A DNA stretch of 63,960 nt, filler included, from Salisapilia sapeloensis CBS 127946 (Eukaryota > Protista > Oomycota): the NCBI GenBank assembly GCA_023334545.1. It is 11 parts of 11 records of this genome, joined end to end, with 100 filler letters (N's around TTAATTAATTAA, not from the genome) between each part and the next. Parts side by side here need not be neighbours in the genome. Positions count along the whole stretch, not along the records: positions 41,870 to 48,885 come from JAADVB010000539.1; positions 48,986 to 62,858 come from JAADVB010000395.1; 9 more parts are not named here. One strand, 5' to 3'. How positions within the stretch are numbered: position 1 is the first letter of the stretch; each line of letters begins with the position of its first letter. The notes beneath the pieces are model-generated. The model saw only the letters and a program-made list of their open reading frames with translations. It did not search any database and was not told where the DNA came from. The position numbers were made by a program, and so were the translations under genes. Of the stretch, positions 42,988 to 54,900 are shown in pieces.

Positions 42988-45900
42988 TTGATATCACAAG
43001 CGATTGATGACTGCAAGCCCAAAAAGACAGTTCTAGCCCAATGGGGCAAAAGAGCAAAGCGCAATTTTACTCTCTTAGATTGGACGGCTATTACATGCAG
43101 CCAATATCAACAAGAAGATATTGTCTTCCGTCTACTGCTACAAAGGATGAATACGACGGAAGAGAAGAAAAAGCAGATGTCTGCTTGCCTCGTTCTATAT
43201 GAGCTACTTCAGTACCGCCGTCATTTCATTATCCGTACTACTAAAGAGAGCATTGAAGCTATACAACAACGACGTCAAGACGTGCTTTCCTTCGTTCGTC
43301 CACTTTGCCGTCTAGTAAACGCAGGTATAATTGTTAGATCGTACATAGTCCATACCAAAGCTCACCTCTTGCACCTCTTCTAGACACCGTCGATAGTCGT
43401 CCAACAAGGCTTGCGTCGGTAGCGCAAGAAGCTCTTATCATGTCTTGCTCTTTCCTATCGATACTCTGGTGGCATACACATTTCCCTCCAGACGAACTAC
43501 ACTCGCTTGCAGTACGTTTCATGCCTTATAATCCATATAGTAGGGCTCACTGTCCATATCTGCATGCTAATGAAGCACTTTAATAGAAAGGCATGGAGTG
43601 TGCATTGGCTGCAATGGTAACTTGGCATCAAAAGTCACAACGAAAGGCATTTCTCGTGATGGCGGCACAACTACTTCAATCCTATATCCAGCAGTACGAT
43701 GTACTGCAACAGAGTGACAGCTCTGATCTTTTAGAGGCTGCTGCTGAAAGAATGATCTGGCATTGGTCTGCCAGTGCCATGCTCTTCACCTCCCAAAGTG
43801 ACGTTATGGCAAAAGTTCGAAGCAATCGTTCAGCTCATCTAAAGTCTCTATTAGGCAGGTGGAATGCTGCTGGACAGGATGTCGAAAAGCAACCTCTTGA
43901 CGTTCTAATTGCTGAAATACGTCAATTTTGTCTCATCGCACAGACCACGTCATCTGCCCAAGGCGAAATGGATGACGTTCTATCCTCACCCAATAGACAA
44001 ATGTGTCTGCTTATGACGTTGGTCATCGCTTTGAGGAAGTCGAAGGAGTTTGGAGACAGAGAATCAAACGATTTTCTTATACGAATCTTACGGCATGTTT
44101 TTCTACGAGAAAACAGTCCGTTGCAGCGTGAAGATGCACAGAGACTAGTGCATTGTATAGTCAATATCATTGCCATCCCACGTCAATCGACTACAACTCC
44201 ACCAGATCGGAAAGAAACGCTCGGTTGGTTCTTAAGTGAGCTTCTTTTACAATGGGAACTGCATCTCCCATCCTCGTTTAAGCAGCTACTAGCATCGCGT
44301 ACACATATTTCGGTCATTATGGAAGCCTTACAAGTCATTCGGCATAGTCTCTTAGCAATATCGCATGAAGAAGAGCCAGGAAAAGCACGAATGTGGACAC
44401 TTGAGTTCACTTCGTACGTGTTCCTACTTTTACAACATCCAGACTTATATATTCGACAGAAAGCGTTAGCTCTAGTACCATATCTGGCCCATGAAGAATG
44501 CATTCGATATCTAGTGAAGATCGATGATACCACGAGTACAGCAGTGCTCGCCTGGCTGTTTAGAACAGTCAATGACGACCGTCTTCCATCCCTCCTTACG
44601 TTCTTCCTCGATACATGTCACCATGGACCTATGTCATCTTTGCAGAGCTATGCATCAAGTCCTGGAAAAATCGTAGCACCAACCCCATGTGACATCGAAG
44701 AGCTACAAGCACATCAAGGTCGAATGATACGGATCTCTACTGGATGGATACATACACTTCCAGCTTCACGTCGATCAACTGTGATGCAAATACTCTTAAG
44801 GAAATTGTTTGCCTCATCACAGGAACAGTATCTCTTTAAACTACTTCAAACGATGACCGAAAGAGGATGGCTTGAGCATACTTTCTCAACGATCGTATCC
44901 GAAACAGTTAGCTGGATGAAGTTCCAGCCACGCTTAACGGATGACTTGCTTGACGATTCGTCTGACGCATCCGTCGATGCTATTCAAGCACTCTTGTTCT
45001 CTCGACTAGCACCAGTACTTGTATTTCGAATCGTGCCTTCTTGTTTCTTTCGGAATGAGACAGAGGCACCATATTATTGCTCCATAGAAGATCTGGAGCA
45101 TGTTGAAAACTACGTCAGTCGTGTCCAAGAGCCTGGCATGACTAGTCGTATGTCTACTTTGTTCCATTTACTACTTCGGTCGATATTAGACCCGATGGAG
45201 TTTAAGGAAGTGAAGCAGATATCAGTAGAAATTCTTTCCAAACTCTCCCCAGCACAGGTGGTTCCTGCCCTTTCTTCTCACTTGTGTGCACTCAATCGAT
45301 CGTTATCTTCGACACCTTCCAGCGCCATGCCAGAGATAAAAGCGTTGCTGCATGGAATACAAATTCCAGCGGAGTGTGATATCATGACGGGCAAATTGAT
45401 TGTATATTGCTTTAATCTTTTCGTCAGTAACGAAGAAGCATTGGAGAGGGAGGAAGAACTGGTGCTGAATACTACTTGGGTGATGCCCCTGTTGCTATCA
45501 CTACCAACTCCATCTAACTACCCCAACTCGATGCGACCACACATCATTGACTTGCGGACTGGATGTGTCGAGTGCTTATCTATCTTATTGTTACAGTTTA
45601 TCGAGAAGGGAAGTGAAGCGATGGCGAAAGCACTACTCCACGTATGGGTGGCATGGATTTGTCACGGAGCTGCTGCACTGGAAAATGCCCATGAAGACAG
45701 GTTGGCAGGTATCATGCAGAGTAGACTAGAAAATAGTGGTTTGAAGCTTGCCACGCTCGAGTTACGTATCAGCTGCTGCTACGTTCTACAACGGTATCAC
45801 TTGGATGGCTTCCACGTATTTACTTCCTTGGCTAACACTATGCGGTGTAGAACGATCGCACGTTTGGATGCTTCAACACATTCTAGCTCTCTACTGTCAC

Positions 45901-46076
45901 CAGCTCTCTCGAAACTTTTCAAAGTTCTGGAAAGTGATACGGATAAACTACTCGTCCAATCCTGCGCAGAGGTACTGATAACAATGTTTTTTATTCCATT
46001 CTCGTTCCGTACTACAACTTTAAACCGAATAGGTCGTCCAAGCATTCACCACCAAGTTTCCCACCAACTCCAATAG
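42988..46076 (+). CDS. Multi-exon ARM/HEAT-like helical-repeat protein (exact ends unresolved)
   Basis: ORFs 42988..43383 and 43593..46076 linked by a small exon (DTVDSRPTRLASVAQEALIM...); Leu-rich helical pattern; LLFSRLAPVLVFRIVP and MEFKEVKQISVEILSKL. Confidence 0.7.
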
Positions 46077-46312
46077 TCAGTAGTATCCAAAAGCCAAGAT
46101 ATCCAGATAAGCATTCAATAGAATCCATCATTTCCAGCCTTAATCGATGAATAGTATCTATCCATCTCTTCAAGATTCAGCACTTCAACAATTTCTCACA
46201 ATTTTGTTCTCTTTGCATCTTTTTTATCCAATAGAATCCACCAAATGATTTTTTTCCGATCTAAAGATCCACTTGGACTTCAAAACTCAATTTGCCACGA
46301 ACGACACAAGTG

Positions 46313-48562
46313 ATGAATACGACGGCACGACCTCCTCAAGATATCTTTGAAAGGTCTGATGAACTGCGTTCACTAACACCACCGCACCTTGTTTCCGAAA
46401 CTTTGCAAAAAGGTCCGATTCCAACGAATGAGTGGTATGGAAACCTTCTAGCTTGGGATAGTGCGACGCAAGCGAAGAGTGATGCGCTCTTTGCTTGTCC
46501 ATACACGTACAACTTTGAGCAGGGTGCTTTCTCGATTAGTTACTTGCAGCACTATCGAACGGACGGACCAAAGAATGATAACGATGCGATCAAGTTTTAC
46601 TTTTATCCACCGACGTTGAAGAACTTGACACTGTCGTCGGAAGAGTTTGCGCATGATCGCGCGGGAGCTGGAAGAGGGACAACGATTGACGGGTGGGATG
46701 ATCTCGGATTTACGTTGACGATCAAGGAGGGTGAGAAACCTGCGGATCAGCAAGGGTGGATGAGGACGTACTTGGCGCTTGGCAACGCATTCACGACTGT
46801 TCAATACCACGATCTGCATGCCCAGCTCTCGTCGGAGCATGCGTTTGAGTTCGTTAATGGTGCTCCATGCCAGGATGGTCAGCAATATCAAGGAAACGAG
46901 TTTATCATTTCATTGAACAACGGGCAAAAGTGGATGATGTTCCTTTACCCGACAAGCGGTAGTCACGGAGACCAACAGACAGCAACTGTAAAGGTTCAAG
47001 GCAATACTTTGGTGACGCCAGACAAGTTTACTGGCATTGTGCAACTAGCCTACATCTCAACTGCTCAACACACGAACGATCTGCATGATGCAAGGGTCCA
47101 AGAATTATACCAATCCACCTCCGGTGTATTCGCAAAAGGTGCAACACTAAAGTATAGCTGTGATGGAATGAGCTTCAGTTATGACTGGCGTCTCGTGAAC
47201 GTTCGTTCTTCTGGCGCGCACGAGTACCTTCACTTCATGCTGGAGCATCTGCATCAGCTCATGGATAGATCGAGTGCTCAGTATCATGAAGAGCTGTCTT
47301 TAAGAGCAAATACCCGCGGCGCGATGCATGCGTACACTGTGTCAGCCGATTCGAGCCACTGGAAGTTTAAGATCCCTCAATCTGCTCGAGACATTGTCGA
47401 TCGATGCACAGACTTTTACCCTCAGAATGGAAATCTAAGTCCAGAAGACGTATCTAATTTGAAGCTATGTCGCATTCTACAAGACGAAGTCCATGGCGAC
47501 TGGAATCAAGCCATTCCACATGAAGGTAGCTACTACTTTAAGGGCAAAGCGTTGCAAAAGTTTGGTACAATGTGTCTTTTGGCTAAACGTCTGGGTGACT
47601 CGACGAACCCAGAGATGAAAGACGTGGCGCAAACGGGTATTGACAAACTACGCTCGTTGATGGAAGCGTTTGTACAGAACAAGTCGGCGTACCCTCTTGT
47701 CTACGATACCGTGTACAAAGGCATCGTGACAAGCGAAGCAGTGGTGAAGAAGGATCCGAATGCCGACTTTGGCAATGGCACGTACAACGACCATCACTAT
47801 CACTACGGCTATCTAATCGCAGCCGCCGCGATCTTGCTCTACCTCGATCCAGAGTGGAGCAAGACGACTCAAGGCGCGAAATTGATGGCATTCACCGACA
47901 CACTTATCCGTGATGTCATGAATGCAAACGTCGATGATGAATACTTTCCTCGGTTCCGAAACTTTTGCTTCTACCTCGGTCATTCATACTCGCATGGCGT
48001 GACACCGATGGCAGACGGTAAAGATGAAGAGAGTACGTCGGAAGAAGCGAATTTCTACTACGGTGTTGCTCTATACGCTCGTGTGACGCAGAACCAAAAG
48101 CTAAGTGATCTTGCAAAGCTCATGCTCAGTGTCAACACACTTGGCATCAACACGTATGTCTTCCTGTGCGACGACAACAAGATCCATCCACCAGAATTTG
48201 TCAAGAACTGCCTGACTGGCATCTACTTTGACAACAAATGCGACTACGCGACATGGTTCAGTCCGAATAAGGAATGCATTCATGGCATTCAGATGCTGCC
48301 AGTGTCTCCAGTGACAGATGCCGTCCGACCAGCACGATTCGTCAAGCAAGAGTGGGATCGCGTGCTGAGCAAACTACCGTTCGTACAAGACTGGAAAGCG
48401 CATCAGTCTGGCTGGACATCCCTACTCTTTGCTAACTATAGCGCCGTGGACAAACGCAAGGCATGTGAAGTCTTGCTGGAGTGTCCGATGGATGATGGAC
48501 TCAGTCGCGCGTGGGCTCTGTACCTTGCCCACACGAGAATGCCAAGCGAAATCGGTTTCTAA
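46313..48562 (+). CDS. Glycoside hydrolase family 81 endo-1,3-beta-glucanase, no evident signal peptide
   Basis: PIPTNEWYGNL, YYFKGKALQK, DFGNGTYNDHHYHYGY, FPRFRNFCFYLGHSYSHG, GKDEESTSE catalytic motif, IHGIQMLPVSP. First ATG at 46313. Confidence 0.95.
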   Translation: MNTTARPPQDIFERSDELRSLTPPHLVSETLQKGPIPTNEWYGNLLAWDSATQAKSDALFACPYTYNFEQGAFSISYLQHYRTDGPKNDNDAIKFYFYPPTLKNLTLSSEEFAHDRAGAGRGTTIDGWDDLGFTLTIKEGEKPADQQGWMRTYLALGNAFTTVQYHDLHAQLSSEHAFEFVNGAPCQDGQQYQGNEFIISLNNGQKWMMFLYPTSGSHGDQQTATVKVQGNTLVTPDKFTGIVQLAYISTAQHTNDLHDARVQELYQSTSGVFAKGATLKYSCDGMSFSYDWRLVNVRSSGAHEYLHFMLEHLHQLMDRSSAQYHEELSLRANTRGAMHAYTVSADSSHWKFKIPQSARDIVDRCTDFYPQNGNLSPEDVSNLKLCRILQDEVHGDWNQAIPHEGSYYFKGKALQKFGTMCLLAKRLGDSTNPEMKDVAQTGIDKLRSLMEAFVQNKSAYPLVYDTVYKGIVTSEAVVKKDPNADFGNGTYNDHHYHYGYLIAAAAILLYLDPEWSKTTQGAKLMAFTDTLIRDVMNANVDDEYFPRFRNFCFYLGHSYSHGVTPMADGKDEESTSEEANFYYGVALYARVTQNQKLSDLAKLMLSVNTLGINTYVFLCDDNKIHPPEFVKNCLTGIYFDNKCDYATWFSPNKECIHGIQMLPVSPVTDAVRPARFVKQEWDRVLSKLPFVQDWKAHQSGWTSLLFANYSAVDKRKACEVLLECPMDDGLSRAWALYLAHTRMPSEIGF

Positions 48563-48885
48563 GGATCGGAGCTACTAGGAACGCAGTAGCCATTGCAATT
48601 TGTTAAAGCAAAGAGTACGAGTTTAAGTTGGAAATGATCCTTGCATGTACGAGTTGACTTGCATCGTTCCGAGTATATTATTTGCTCTGGAAACGTACTC
48701 GGAGTATCCGCCCTAGCTGCCAGTGACCTCGTAATGCGAAAGAAGAGTCACTAGACCTAGCCATTCGACAATATCATGGACGACCTCAACTTTTTCAATG
48801 AAAGAGAAGCAGAGTGCTTCGAGCGAGAGGATACTTTGGTACTCGATCGTCACTCCATCCTGATATATGTCCATGGGATCTAACG

Positions 48886-48985
48886 NNNNNNNNNNNNNNN
48901 NNNNNNNNNNNNNNNNNNNNNNNNNNNNNTTAATTAATTAANNNNNNNNNNNNNNNNNNNNNNNNNNNNNNNNNNNNNNNNNNNN
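48886..48985. other. Artificial contig linker
   Basis: 44N-TTAATTAATTAA-44N. Confidence 0.99.
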
Positions 48986-51900
48986 CTATGGGTCGGAATG
49001 ACGTTTGTCGATGGGAACAATGCACTGCTACCCCAGTGCTTTGCCAAGGACACGAGCGGCAAGGTCTGTGGCCAGCCACTGTGGCCGGCCAAGTCGAACA
49101 ATGCGCGAGGTTCTGCCTCTTCCTCCTGCCGCGAACGAGAGTGCAGCCGACCGGCCGAGTTTGTGTGTTGTAATCGCTTCCATGACCGTGGACTCTGCCG
49201 TGGTTGCGGGAAGACGAGCCAGGAGCGTCTTCGGGGTCCTCCGTCTAAGCACGCTTCCACGCACATCTACGACGCGCAGGTGGCCAATTTCCACCACAAC
49301 GGAACGCTATTTCTGAAAGACTTCCAGTCTCGCCGCCCGCCCGAGAGAGACATCCACTGGGGAACGACGAAGCGATTGTCGTGTCCCAACCTCGTCGGTG
49401 TGGTGGTGCTGGCCAAGCGTGGAGGCGCCCTTCGTTTGACGGACGAGATATACTGGGGAAAGGTCGCTCTACACGGCGAGTCACGCCATGAGGCCCGTAA
49501 GCGTCAAGAAGGTTGTCTTGTGATTGAGTTCCTGGAGTATGACACAAGCGGGTCCGAAAACCCCATCATGAGCCGAGGCATGGAAGCAGGCAGCTCGGTC
49601 GCTATCATCGATTGCCAGACGTTCACGCCTGAGTTTGTGCCGGTGCTGAAAGCGCTGGAACGGCAGCGGTCGATGCCCACGCCTTTCGAGAATGGTTCCC
49701 TAGTTAACATCAACGCTAGTATCCAGTGCGACGTCGGCCAAGTTGGGAACATGGATGACGATGATGCTTATGCTCCCGATACACAGGCGGATGCTTATTA
49801 CCTTGCGGACGAAACGATTATGAACTCTGTAGACAACATTCTCGGAGACAGCAAATTGGATCCGATCGTCCAAATCCGCCGTCACCGCCACGTGTGCCGG
49901 GATCTGAAAGCAGAGTTGATATCGCTGCTCGTGGACTCCACCCTCGATCCTGGCCAGCTCCAGAGTCTTGAAAAAGCTTTGATTCACCCCGTCCACTGCA
50001 CGCTCGGACCCCCAGGTGCTGGAAAGTCGTATCTCGGAGTGGTGACTGTGCGAGCGCTCTTGCTTATCCGGAAGTACTGGCAGCGAGTGTTTCCATCGAT
50101 TGGCCAGCCGCCTATACTGGTTCTTTCCTACAAGAACCACGCCATTGACGAGTTTCTGCTCGACCTCGTCAAATCCGATCCATTTCTGGGTTATCAGACC
50201 GCCCAACAAGGCAACCGGTACACACGGCAAGGAGGGTTCAAGCCTCTCGTTCGCATCGGAGGAGGGTGCAGTGAGCCGAAACTAGCTCCCTATGGCGAGT
50301 ACAACTTGCGGTCGTCGATGCACAGCGTCGTACGCATCGAGAAAGAAATTGAGGAGTGCCTCCAAGCTCTAGACGCTACGAGTGTGGTACAGGGTGACAT
50401 TCTGTCCATCTTTGAGGCACGACTGGTGATCCAAGATCAGGCAAAGGCTGATGGAAAGGCGCAGAATAAAGAGGACCGTGGCATCCTTTTCGAGGCAGCT
50501 ATGAGCTTGGCTCGGTGCATCACCGCAGTCCACGAGATCAAGAGACTCCGTCACTCGAGTCACGTTGCCAACATGGGAGATAATACTCAAGACCATGACT
50601 TTTACGCCAAAGGCGGCGGAAGCTCGGATGATAGCGAAGAAGAAGAAGAGGAGACGGGTTCAGACACGGACGTGGAGCTCGGAAACAAGCTGCGAGATTT
50701 TGTCTATAGCCTGAACGCTCTAAGTGGAAGCGGAGTCAGCTCAGTTCCTCTCAACGTCAACGTTCTTTCTTCGCTGCATGTTGCTATCAAGCACTATGGC
50801 CCGGTTGCTTCCCATCCGATCGAGCTACTCTATCGCTGGATGACAGGGTTTAAGCCCAATCCACCGTGTGAATTCTCTCAGGACAAATGCTCCGAGGTTG
50901 CGACCGCAGGTGGATGCTACTGCCAACTGCACCGCTGCAACTATGAGGTGCAGGACGTCGGACAATGCACGAATGAAGTCGTGTTTGAAGGTGTAGCATT
51001 CTGTGTCCTGCACAAGTGCTCAGATACAGATTGCGCTGAGCCTCGTCTTTTCGAAGGGCAAAAGTACTGTATGGAGCACACGTGCTACATATGTCTCGAG
51101 CAAGGAGCGGCTCTACCCAACAAGGCAGCGGAAGCTCCACCTAGAAACACGTGCGAGGAGCATCCTCTGTGCTGGTACTCGGGTGCCAGTGGCGTATGCA
51201 GCAATCTGGCGACGACCACTTCAGACTGCTGCGAATTCCATAAGCCAGTGTGTTGCAAGGGAATGACGAGAAAAGGGAAGCCGTGCAAGTTGGATGCTTG
51301 GAAAGATGGAAATGGATACTGTCAGGCCCATAAGAAGCAGGGCGCCAATAGTGAAAGGGCTTCGAAAGCCGCTGTAGCCAGTGGTCCCAAGCCATCCGCA
51401 CCGTCGTACCAAAGTGTTCTCGAGCAAAAGCAATGCTCAGCGTTGAATCGCAAAGGCAAGCCTTGTAAGGGAACCGCCTTGCCTGGGCTTCCGTTTTGCG
51501 TGGACCACCGCAGCCAGTCTTCTGCGCAGACGAACACGAGCAGCTTTACTGCAAGTGTATTTTCGAGCGTCGGCCAGGCCTTAGGAGGTCAAGAGATGAT
51601 GCAGACGACTGCACAGGACTCCACTGAAGAGGGCTTGGAAGAGAAAGCTCCAGCTAGTGCAGTAGGCGACGATGGTCAGGACCTCGCGAGTAAGCCCGCT
51701 GCGAGCAACAACGACGATGAAGCTTCAAGCAAAGATGTGGATGAAGTGGGCTCTCACTCGTTCACGTCGTCCGATAGCTTCGTTGATGCAATTGATGCAG
51801 ACGCAGACGTGTTAGATGATGAAATCGAAGAGTCGGAGCACCTCCAGCATCTCCGAGAAGTGGGCGACGTGAACACCGTCGACCGTATGGAGGAAGAAAT

Positions 51901-54900
51901 AGTCGACGAAGATGATGAAATGGAGAAACTGTCGCCACTGGATACGGCCGACATGGACGGGGAAGGAGAGCTGATCGACACGACAGAATGGCAGTGGTCG
52001 TTCAGTTTCGAAAAGAGATGGGGCTGCATTCTGGCGTTGCTGCGAGAGTGGAGAGTGCTCGAGCAGGACCTTCGCACCGACGTCCGTGACTTGATCTCGG
52101 TCAAGAAAGTAAAGTTGCAGAACGAAAAGGTCAAAGCCAAGGCTCAAGTGTTCGAAGGCAAAGCTGTGATTGGAGGCACGATGACCGGTTGCGTGTCGCG
52201 TCTGGAGGCGGTTCGAGCGACCAAGCCGTTTTGCATCATCGTAGAAGAAGCGAGCGAGGTGCTCGAGCCGCTGCTCTTTTCCTGTCTCTCACCTACCACC
52301 TGTAAGCTGGAAATGATCGGCGACCATTACCAGCTCCAACCACAAGTGATGTCTCGCTTCGACTTTGAGAAGGTGAACAAGATCAGCATCTCACTTTTTG
52401 AGCGTCTCATTCGCGCACCGCCCGAGCACCAAGTACCTTATGACACACTGTCGGTTCAGCGACGTATGCGCCGAGATATCTGCGATCTCACACGTGAACT
52501 GTACACTGACATTGTGGAGATCGAGGACCACGAGCAATGCCAGCGGAAGACGATTGACTGGAAGTCAACAAGTGGTCTAGATGCATGGAGTATGAAGATT
52601 TCGCAGATGAGTCAACGTCCGCTTGATATTGTCGAAGGAAAAGGAAGAGAAGTTCCTGGTGTGGCACCGCACTTGTTCTTCTGGAAACACACTGGAAGCC
52701 AGGAGCGAGCACAAGTCGGGCTGAGTCGAGTGAATCCGCGGGAGGCGGACATGGTGGTGAATTTGGCGCAGTACCTGGTCCAGTGCGGTGTGCCGCATGA
52801 GTCGATTGCAATTCTCACGCCGTACAAGGGTCAGTTGATGCTTCTTCGGAAGCAGATCATGAGCACCAAGAGCTTTGTCAAGTCGATCAAAATTGGTCGA
52901 GGAGCCGAGAGGAAGACGGTTCCAAAGTGCGTCCTCTCTACGGTGGACCGTTTTCAAGGCGACGAAGCTGATATTACGCTCATCTCTCTTGTTATCGACG
53001 GAAAGTCGCGCACTCCATTTGTGAAACTCCGGAACCGGATGATCGTCTTGCTGAGCCGCGCGCGTATTGGGATGTTCATCGTCGGCAACGCGGACTACTT
53101 TGATCAAGTGTCTCACTGGCAGCAAACAATCGACCGTCTGAGTCAAAGCGCCCCGTCCGACAGTTTGCCAGCGTTGAACGCAAGCTGTGAAATGTATGAC
53201 GGAGCACGCATTGGGTCCGAGTTACCGCTTTGCTGCCCCGTGCATCGGTCGTCCAAGAAGGAGGCAAAGGCAGCCAGCGACCTCAAGCTGGGCTTTTGCC
53301 AGGTCGAGTGCACCGAGTCACTCAAGTGCGGACACGAGTGTGGGAAAAAGTGCCACTACCCAGACGTGAGCACGCACAAGTCCACATGTGACGTTGAGAT
53401 GGAGGTGCCGTGCATACGCCACGTTCAAAAGAAGCAATGCCACAAAGTATGCTGCGCTACTGGAGAGACCACATTTAAAGCCGCGCTCCGAAAGTACGAG
53501 TGTGACGTCAAGGTGAATATCCAGCTCCCTTGTCTACACGAGAAGGCGGTCACATGTGGCGAAGAAACGAAGATTCTGAACGAGTCATTAGCCCCGCCAA
53601 AGTGTATGGAAAGAGCCTTTACGCCGTACGTGTACCCCGATTGCCTGCATTCGCTCGACTGCAGCTGTGTCGAGTACTACTCGTACAAGGACGGAAACGT
53701 ACCCCATTGCACCAAGAAGACCGATTTCACGCCTCCGTGCGGCCACACTATCAGCGTCAACTGCTACCGGCGGAAGAGCCTTGTGGCCAATCCAGAGACG
53801 TTCGTATGCTCGCAGACAGTGTGGATGGAACTCCCTCGATGCGGTCACCAAGCTTGCGTGTCGTGTCCGCAAGCTCAGGCGCTCGTGCGGTGGAGCGGCC
53901 GTGGTCTCGAGGAGGCGGATGTCGTTCGGGAGGGCGAGGTATACGGGGAGATGGATTACCCGTGCACCGCCAAAGTCAGCTTTGTGCGTCGTTGCGGACA
54001 CCGAGAGGAGATGGTGTGTGAGCGAGCTTTCGCGAATGCGCTAGCTTCCTCTACGTGCCAGGAGAAGAAAGCGTTCCGAAACCCGGAATGCGGTCATATC
54101 TTCCACACGACCTGCTCCATGATAACAAAGCTGGTGCAAAAGGCTGCCCAGAACCTCGGCGCCTATGGCCAAACACCTCGAACGACGGCGGTGATCAGAG
54201 TCAAGGAAGGAACTGAGGATGCCGAGTTCCGGAACTTCAAGCTGAATGTCCAGTGCAAAGCCACTGTCACCGTCGAGCGAAGCTGCGGCCATGTGCAGGA
54301 GAAGCAGTGCCAAGATGCGCGCCACATCAAGGACAACTGCACCGAAAAGGTCATCACGGAACGACCAACGTGTCGTCATAAGGTCGTGCTACCCTGCAGC
54401 GATGCTATTCTACTCACCACATGGCACCCTTGGGACATTGCGACGGACGCTGCAACCGTGGATCTCTTCCGTGGAAGCTCCGTCTTACTCGACACTCTCT
54501 CGCCGCCGGATGAAGTGTCTCCGGTCTCGCTACCCGAGTGCACTCAATCGGTAACGCTGCGGCGAGCAAAAACTTGTGGTCATGATGTTCGAATGAAGTG
54601 TTGTGATGCGCTTCGATCTTTGCAAGGACAAGAGGACACAGAGAGTGCGCGCTGCAACGCCACAGTCGTAAAGAAGCTGTCATGCGGGCACGAGATGACA
54701 GCGACGTGCTGCACGAACGTCTCCAAGACGAAGTGCAAAGAGAAGGTGGAGAAACCTTGCTGGAACAGTGCCAAGTGTGGCCAGAACGTCTCTGTGCAGT
54801 GCTTTGCTTCTTCTATTGGTGCAGTGCAGTGCGACTCGAAGACGGATTGGACGTGTGCCGCAGGGCACACCTTCCAGGTGGCTGAGTGCCAGCTCGGTGT

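Noticed and set aside
40433-48562. GIP-like glucanase inhibitor near a GH81 glucanase as an enzyme-inhibitor pair
   Set aside because: They lie on different contigs separated by a linker; the proximity is an artefact of concatenation order.
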